Shown here: positions 55,201 through 58,768 of the stretch, one piece after another
Layout: every line of letters starts with the position of its first letter
Numbering within the stretch: position 1 is the stretch's first letter
Virus record (IMG/VR): IMGVR_UViG_3300034091_000431
Strand: one strand, 5' to 3'
Origin: an uncultured virus (IMG/VR IMGVR_UViG_3300034091_000431)
Lineage: Duplodnaviria; Heunggongvirae; Uroviricota; Caudoviricetes
Length of the DNA: 58,768 nucleotides
Position numbers and translations under genes: made by a program
Notes under the pieces: model-generated
Told to the model about the DNA's origin: nothing
The model's input: the letters and a program-made list of their open reading frames with translations, nothing else
Database searches by the model: none

Positions 55201-55251
55201 GACCCTGCGAGATTCGCTGAGGTCGGCGAGTCGATCGTCATACAAGCCCAC
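52243..55251 (-). CDS. Multidomain core/membrane protein with protamine-like repeats
   Basis: AAGGAG RBS before GTG 55251; QSLLFD..WT..RIRQFDP domain; Arg/His repeats; hydrophobic helices; four ~55-aa helical repeats. Confidence 0.8.
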   Translation of the reverse strand: MGLYDDRLADLSESRRVASRGPFAPARPVVRGVVQPPARESSKPPSMDVQSLLFDRSAGWTEAKAKAWAKGHGYRHGKVHVTDQYVRIRQFDPKGLKVKRTITFGHGIRAVVAREEEKNMGAKRRRHRSTAKKAAHRSRRRAREVAAPVATEAKRRRRHRRTREAAPVATEAKRRKRRRHRKTREAAAPVATEARRRKRRRHKARETAPVATEARRRKRRRHRSREAPVATESRRRRHRKHRRVSGQVMEAKRKRGKRSHVRKGTKAARRAAAKKGWAKRRRSARGKFIGPVRKRRRKGTTFGYEAREESRRRPRRRRHRAREATGVVSESRRRRKHGRRRHRSMFEARRGGAGRSHYLAELSLAIGTGSLAYILANGLDRFLATYNPNGDPAKLPKHKFTSDGAGTLANALNIGAHPSWLRIGAGIAMAAAPAGASVFVKHPLLRSSLEGAAVGASVQLLQMLWSNVVVPLLAPKDTSDAGLKTSFIARLYPTEIAAHINAQTPALTGGHATGLSGAPADAPAPQAGVGQPDVGPFALQGPSYYPSAVEALRAQAQAAGVQGGHESNRLETGIGYYPTVQELWRQASGGDTSAGFRPSVQDVLVRTTTAVQGLAPAVQAAMPGVPPAQAEQIAVTALTQPNDIPGAIQQVFPDMPEEHRQEFGRRLHQHVHHHHRRMRGGDEGAPPPPDPGMPGAPPPAEMFGGLTEEVRRRFPHLGHHHHMQIAGHILTEPHNIVGALKRALPGELEHVLKEHARHLHKHVAHVAEAVAPGVPPPAGAEVKVEIPGHVAGLGDTGLGYIQRGISSFGRPYSPLQSQQFAAHAYAQPWNLPGVTQRWMPGATQQQHWEYARRLHPYIQQQYGQQYGQQAAGGGLFSIVQQILPEVPSTQLQALITQLEAAPYNMIAILQQVLPNVPEYLLQYRAQKLHPYFVNARPAPPTVSGAGLDQPPPLPTPGPPDLPTPGPNGKPVGEDCGCGANDMFLGLAGEPEKEDTSDRLIVG
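54540..54830. repeat. Coding tandem repeat, five APVATE(A/S)-RRRRRH units
   Basis: Repeated CTCGGT(C/G)GC.ACGGG in the DNA; visible in the translation. Confidence 0.85.
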
Positions 55252-55536
55252 TCTTGCTCCTTCGTCGGACGCAGCGGATATCTGAAGGTGCGTACCACGG
55301 TGCAGATCAAGATTTCCGGAGTGCCGTAGGCAGATCAAGCCTTTCGCATGAGCCGCTACCTGCGGCGTGCTGGGAATAACGACGCACGCGCGATAAGAAC
55401 GACCTCGGCGTGTCGCAAGGCCGAGTCAAAAAGCGTAGTAATTTTCGACACTTACAAAGGTAGTTCCGAATGACACGGCCGCAACCGTTTCGGGCGGACC
55501 GTTCGTCGTCAGAAGACGCTCGTCAGATATACAGAC

Positions 55537-55571
55537 GTAGTACCTACGTACTACTCACGTACGACGTACGT
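55537..55571. promoter_or_regulatory. Two adjacent palindromes in the intergenic region
   Basis: GTAGTAC-ctac-GTACTAC and ACGTACG-a-CGTACGT. Confidence 0.5.
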
Positions 55572-55577
55572 ATTCTG

Positions 55578-56231
55578 TCAGCGCAAACCGGGATAGCGGA
55601 AGTCGAAGAGATCGGGAGCTCCACTGAGCCCCGTCTCCGTCATTCCGACGAAATCGCCTTCGCCGCGATCTTTCGCTTCCTTGCCGGGTTCGATCCACCA
55701 CTCACGCGCGTGGTGCGGCGTCTGTCCGGCCGCATGCTTGGTCGTCCCGTCCATCCGAACCCAGCGCTTGAACTCGTCCTGGAACGCCATGAAGACGTGC
55801 GTCGGGGTGTCGTACGGCTCCTTGTGGCTGGAGCCGACGATCATGGCTGGAACGCCGAGAGACAGCATGACGGCGACGAGCAAAATGCTGGCCTCATCGC
55901 AATCAGCGCCCATCATGCAAAGCCCTCCCTCATCGAGACAGAGAAGCTGATCGGGCGTCGCCATGAACTCACCCATCACGGGATCGTTCACGTAGGGGAC
56001 TGCTTTCCTGTACGCGTCGAGGATGCACTGACCCCACTCTTTGCGCGATCCGCGCGAAACGCCGCACTCGGCGAGCTGCTTGAGGGCCCAGGCGCGAAGG
56101 CGCGGCGACATCCTTGCCTTCCAAGCGCGCTCCGCGCACTCGTTGAGCGAGAGAAGAGCACCCTTACGCCCCGCCGGATGCGGGCGAGCGTCGATAACGT
56201 GACCTTCGACGGGCTTCTCCTGGAGACTCAC
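55578..56231 (-). CDS. Transglutaminase-like (Cys-His-Asp) protein, candidate protease
   Basis: YVNDP..GE...TP; GADCDE; THVF; WVRMDGT; GTG start overlaps the upstream stop. Confidence 0.85.
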   Translation of the reverse strand: MSLQEKPVEGHVIDARPHPAGRKGALLSLNECAERAWKARMSPRLRAWALKQLAECGVSRGSRKEWGQCILDAYRKAVPYVNDPVMGEFMATPDQLLCLDEGGLCMMGADCDEASILLVAVMLSLGVPAMIVGSSHKEPYDTPTHVFMAFQDEFKRWVRMDGTTKHAAGQTPHHAREWWIEPGKEAKDRGEGDFVGMTETGLSGAPDLFDFRYPGLR

Positions 56232-56911
56232 CGGCGACGCCGCCTTTGCTTGGTAGCCGCGTACGTGATGCCGCCCACAACGGTTGCGGCGACAAGGCCG
56301 ATGCCGACTACGGCGCCAGTTGAGAGACCCTTCTTCTCGATCGGGGCCGAAAACGGTTGCGGCGCCGAAACCGGCACTCCGGCTGCCGTACACCCTGGCG
56401 GCGAGGGCTTCTTGCCGAGCGCCAAGGAGAGCGCGGCAGCGGTCGCCGGCTCGTACCTACTGGTTCCGATCGGCACGGGAAAGTCCGGGTTGTCGGCGTT
56501 CCACGCGGCTTTGAAGTCGTGTACCGCCCGGTTGACTGGACTCCCGGATTGCGAGACCGACACGCAGTAGTTGGGGTCGGCCGCGATAGCAGCGACGGCG
56601 GCCTTGGCGGAGCTGATGACGTCCGAGGGGGACTGACCGACGCCGGGGGTTACACCGTCGGCGTAGGGGAGAGCATTGAAATACGACTGCGGCATCCGGT
56701 CGAGCTCACCGTTGAACCACTTCTCCGGAAGAAGTAGCTGCTCACCGACCTGGAGCTCCCGAAACGAGCGGAAACCGTTGGGATGAACGACCGAAGGCTT
56801 GTGCGGATTGGCGTCGATGAGGTCTCTTGCGCACTTGGGACATCCGGCCATATCCGGCCTCGAAGCAATGCGCGCAGGACTGTCGCCAGGCTGAACGACG
56901 TACGTCCTCAC
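56228..56911 (-). CDS. LysM-like tail-anchored membrane protein
   Basis: YVVQPGDSPARIA..LIDANP..LQVGEQLLLP; GLSTGAVVGIGLVAATVVGGITYAAT-KQRRRRR. Confidence 0.85.
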   Translation of the reverse strand: MRTYVVQPGDSPARIASRPDMAGCPKCARDLIDANPHKPSVVHPNGFRSFRELQVGEQLLLPEKWFNGELDRMPQSYFNALPYADGVTPGVGQSPSDVISSAKAAVAAIAADPNYCVSVSQSGSPVNRAVHDFKAAWNADNPDFPVPIGTSRYEPATAAALSLALGKKPSPPGCTAAGVPVSAPQPFSAPIEKKGLSTGAVVGIGLVAATVVGGITYAATKQRRRRR

Positions 56912-56948
56912 GACCTCAGCCTACGCGGACCCGCCCCTCACGTCCAGA

Positions 56949-57599
56949 TCACCCTGACTTCACAGACACGTCCAGCTTCGACCACCACACGGTTTGTCTG
57001 ACCTCGTACGCAGACAGATTTTCGCTAACCGCACGCCGGACGCCGGGCCATGCCAGCGAATAGTCGTGTCCAGCCAGCAGTCCACCTGGGCGAATCTTCG
57101 GCTTCCACGCCCGAATGTCTGCTCGAACGCTTTCGATATCGTGTGCCCCATCGATAAAGACGAGCGCTAAACTAGCGTCATCGAAAAGCTTCGCGACCCC
57201 AGGGCTCTCGGCCCGAAGCGGGTAGATGAGATGTAGCTCCTCGTCAGTTGCAGCCCCGACGAGCACCCGAAGCTTCGGTCCACGAATACCTCTCGGCGCA
57301 GCGAGTGGCCGATCCGGCTCAAACCACCACGGATCAATGGTGTAGATCCTGGCTTTGTCGTTCCCGTGCGCGAGCAGGCGCGACGCCAGAAAGAGCGCCG
57401 ACCTTCCGCAATCGGTCCCAATCTCGACGATATGCGCCCCTCTGGGGAGAGTCATCGAAACACGATCGTAGAACTCAAGGATCCCGTAGGACCATCCAGG
57501 GAGCTCGGGACGCCACGCTACGAATGGTCTATTCCGTAGGCTCCAGCGAACCGACGCATACGCGAAAGCGTCTAGGGCGTCCCCAAAAAGAGACATCAC
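56949..57599 (-). CDS. Class I SAM methyltransferase (Methyltransf_24-like)
   Basis: VEIGTDCGRS, VFIDGAHD, WKPKIRPGGLLAGHDY. Confidence 0.9.
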   Translation of the reverse strand: MMSLFGDALDAFAYASVRWSLRNRPFVAWRPELPGWSYGILEFYDRVSMTLPRGAHIVEIGTDCGRSALFLASRLLAHGNDKARIYTIDPWWFEPDRPLAAPRGIRGPKLRVLVGAATDEELHLIYPLRAESPGVAKLFDDASLALVFIDGAHDIESVRADIRAWKPKIRPGGLLAGHDYSLAWPGVRRAVSENLSAYEVRQTVWWSKLDVSVKSG

Positions 57600-57790
57600 G
57601 CAATCTGCTGCGGCTTGTAAACGATCAGTTGCCCGTTTGCGATCTTGATGCCCTCGCTATCGATTCCCATCCGCACGAGTGGGTTCTCGAGGAGCTCCTT
57701 GAGCTTCTCCTTCAACTTGACCGCGTGCGCAAAAGCCTCTTCAGGGCTGCGCGCCTCAATCACGGTAGCCATGAGAACCTGATACTTCAT
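57596..57790 (-). CDS. Small hypothetical protein
   Basis: MKYQVLMATVIEARSPEEA...; purine-rich RBS. Confidence 0.6.
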   Translation of the reverse strand: MKYQVLMATVIEARSPEEAFAHAVKLKEKLKELLENPLVRMGIDSEGIKIANGQLIVYKPQQIA

Positions 57791-57848
57791 CCGCCTTCTC
57801 CAACAGGAGAGGCAGGCGGAGGCGTCTCGATCACGCAGAGCTTCGCCT

Positions 57849-58768
57849 TCACTGGCTACCTCCCGGAAACGTCGGCTGCCACGGCTGCCACGGCTGTTGC
57901 GGCTGCTCTTCGATGGGTACTGGCATCTGCGCGGGAGGATCGGGCAATACCACCGCCTGCGGAACGGCTTGCGCTGGGGCAACCTGAACCGGAGCGGCAT
58001 ACACCGGTTGCGGTTGCATCACCTGCGGCTGCATCACGACCGGCTGCGGTTGCGGCGAAGCACGGTGCGACACCTGGCCCACTGGCACCGCGACGAACCC
58101 TTCCGGTGGTACGTACCCCGGACCGACTTCGACGTATCCAGGTGGCAGTTGCGGCGCCTGCTGCTTTCTCGCCTCGCGCTCCAGGTTCATCTTGCGAATG
58201 GCGTCGAGCTGCTCGCCCATGAACTTGAACGCGCCCGGTGCGTTAGCGATGAGGCTCTCCCACACGCGGGTCGACCCGTCATCGGCGTTGATGATCATCT
58301 TTGCCGGACCGACGTCGACCACCCGCACGGGACTGTCGTCCCCGGGCGGCTCCGGCTCGGGAGGAGCGGCCGGCGCCACTGGCGGACGAATCTGATCGGC
58401 CATGTCGACGATCGCTTTCGAGAGGCCGAGAGCTTCGCGCATGACCTCCATGGGAGTCCTCTCTCGCTGGACCGGCTGCACCGGTTGAGGCTGTTGACCG
58501 TACATGGGCCTGGCGTACGCAGGCTGCTGCGGGTCGCCCGGAGGTGCTTCGCCAACACCGGCACCACGGTCGTAGTACGACGAGCGAGGGCCGGGCGGCA
58601 CACGATACCCCCCAGGACCTCCCGAAGGACGCCTGTCGTCCGCGATCGCACGGAGAAGCGCCTCCGCCGAAATGAACCCGATGTCGGTGCGCACCATGCC
58701 GGGAGGGGTCTGGACCTGCGGCTGCTGCGGCGCCGGAGGCGGTTGCTGTACTGGAGTGGGTTGAGGCT
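57849..58768 (-). CDS. Pro/Gln-rich protein (5' end beyond window)
   Basis: Frame is open from the window edge (PQPTPVQQPPPAPQQ...). Confidence 0.7.
   Translation of the reverse strand, partial: PQPTPVQQPPPAPQQPQVQTPPGMVRTDIGFISAEALLRAIADDRRPSGGPGGYRVPPGPRSSYYDRGAGVGEAPPGDPQQPAYARPMYGQQPQPVQPVQRERTPMEVMREALGLSKAIVDMADQIRPPVAPAAPPEPEPPGDDSPVRVVDVGPAKMIINADDGSTRVWESLIANAPGAFKFMGEQLDAIRKMNLEREARKQQAPQLPPGYVEVGPGYVPPEGFVAVPVGQVSHRASPQPQPVVMQPQVMQPQPVYAAPVQVAPAQAVPQAVVLPDPPAQMPVPIEEQPQQPWQPWQPTFPGGSQ

Larger units (their letters stand above)
1..58768. mobile_element. Virus/provirus genome segment, probably a tailless membrane-containing dsDNA virus; both ends lie outside the window
   Basis: Densely packed co-oriented genes with ATGA/GTGA/TGATG overlaps; lysis genes, fibre proteins, LysM and tail-anchored membrane proteins, SLT with C-terminal TM, TA genes, resolvase; no housekeeping genes and no recognisable terminase, portal or tail genes. 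Confidence 0.8.

Noticed and set aside
52405..55329. 974-aa plus-strand ORF (likewise 42772-44913, 51195-52568, 2689-3930, 55470-56570)
   Set aside because: Antisense shadows of GC-rich minus-strand genes; no motifs, and the opposite strand carries recognisable domains and coupled starts
55252..55338. ORF-track starts at 55338, 56393, 48770, 49135, 43033, 40536, 895 and 1383
   Set aside because: These extensions overlap neighbouring genes or lack an RBS; downstream starts with SD or stop-start overlaps fit better

Overview
GC-rich window that reads throughout as a virus or provirus genome segment, with no host housekeeping genes, tRNA/rRNA or CRISPR array seen. Left part (1-8.2 kb): small accessory genes, including an acidic DNA-mimic-like protein, a hicB-hicA pair, an orphan Phd antitoxin, a serine resolvase/invertase and a T5orf172 GIY-YIG protein. 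The rest (8.2-58.8 kb) is an almost entirely minus-strand virion/late region. It holds a transglutaminase-like Cys-His-Asp protein, a ~1000-aa protein with protamine-like repeats and membrane segments, a beta-rich major capsid candidate followed by a terminator, several LysM and tail-anchored membrane proteins, and a membrane-anchored lytic transglycosylase. It also holds a DUF1906 lysis cassette, about a dozen glycosyltransferase/methyltransferase genes and many collagen-like or glycine-rich fibre proteins. No terminase, portal, tape measure or HK97-type capsid gene is recognisable, so the best inference is a tailless, membrane-containing (PRD1-like/Varidnaviria-like) virus. DAG-rich lipoproteins suggest a Myxococcota host. 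No packaging ATPase lies in the window to confirm this. Most notable: (i) ten proteins with unrelated bodies share an N-terminal ...E(T/A/V)Y(P/D) peptide, suggesting a plug-in fibre docking system; (ii) a recurrent G-[VL]-G-[DQ] motif sits at domain boundaries of virion proteins, next to a candidate maturation protease; (iii) several abrupt chimeric gene junctions and frameshifts cluster in the fibre region; (iv) many genes have a TAnnnT box just before the start codon (leaderless cassettes); (v) a duplicated 37-bp sigma70 promoter brackets a three-gene cassette. All family assignments come from motif recognition by eye, not from database searches.
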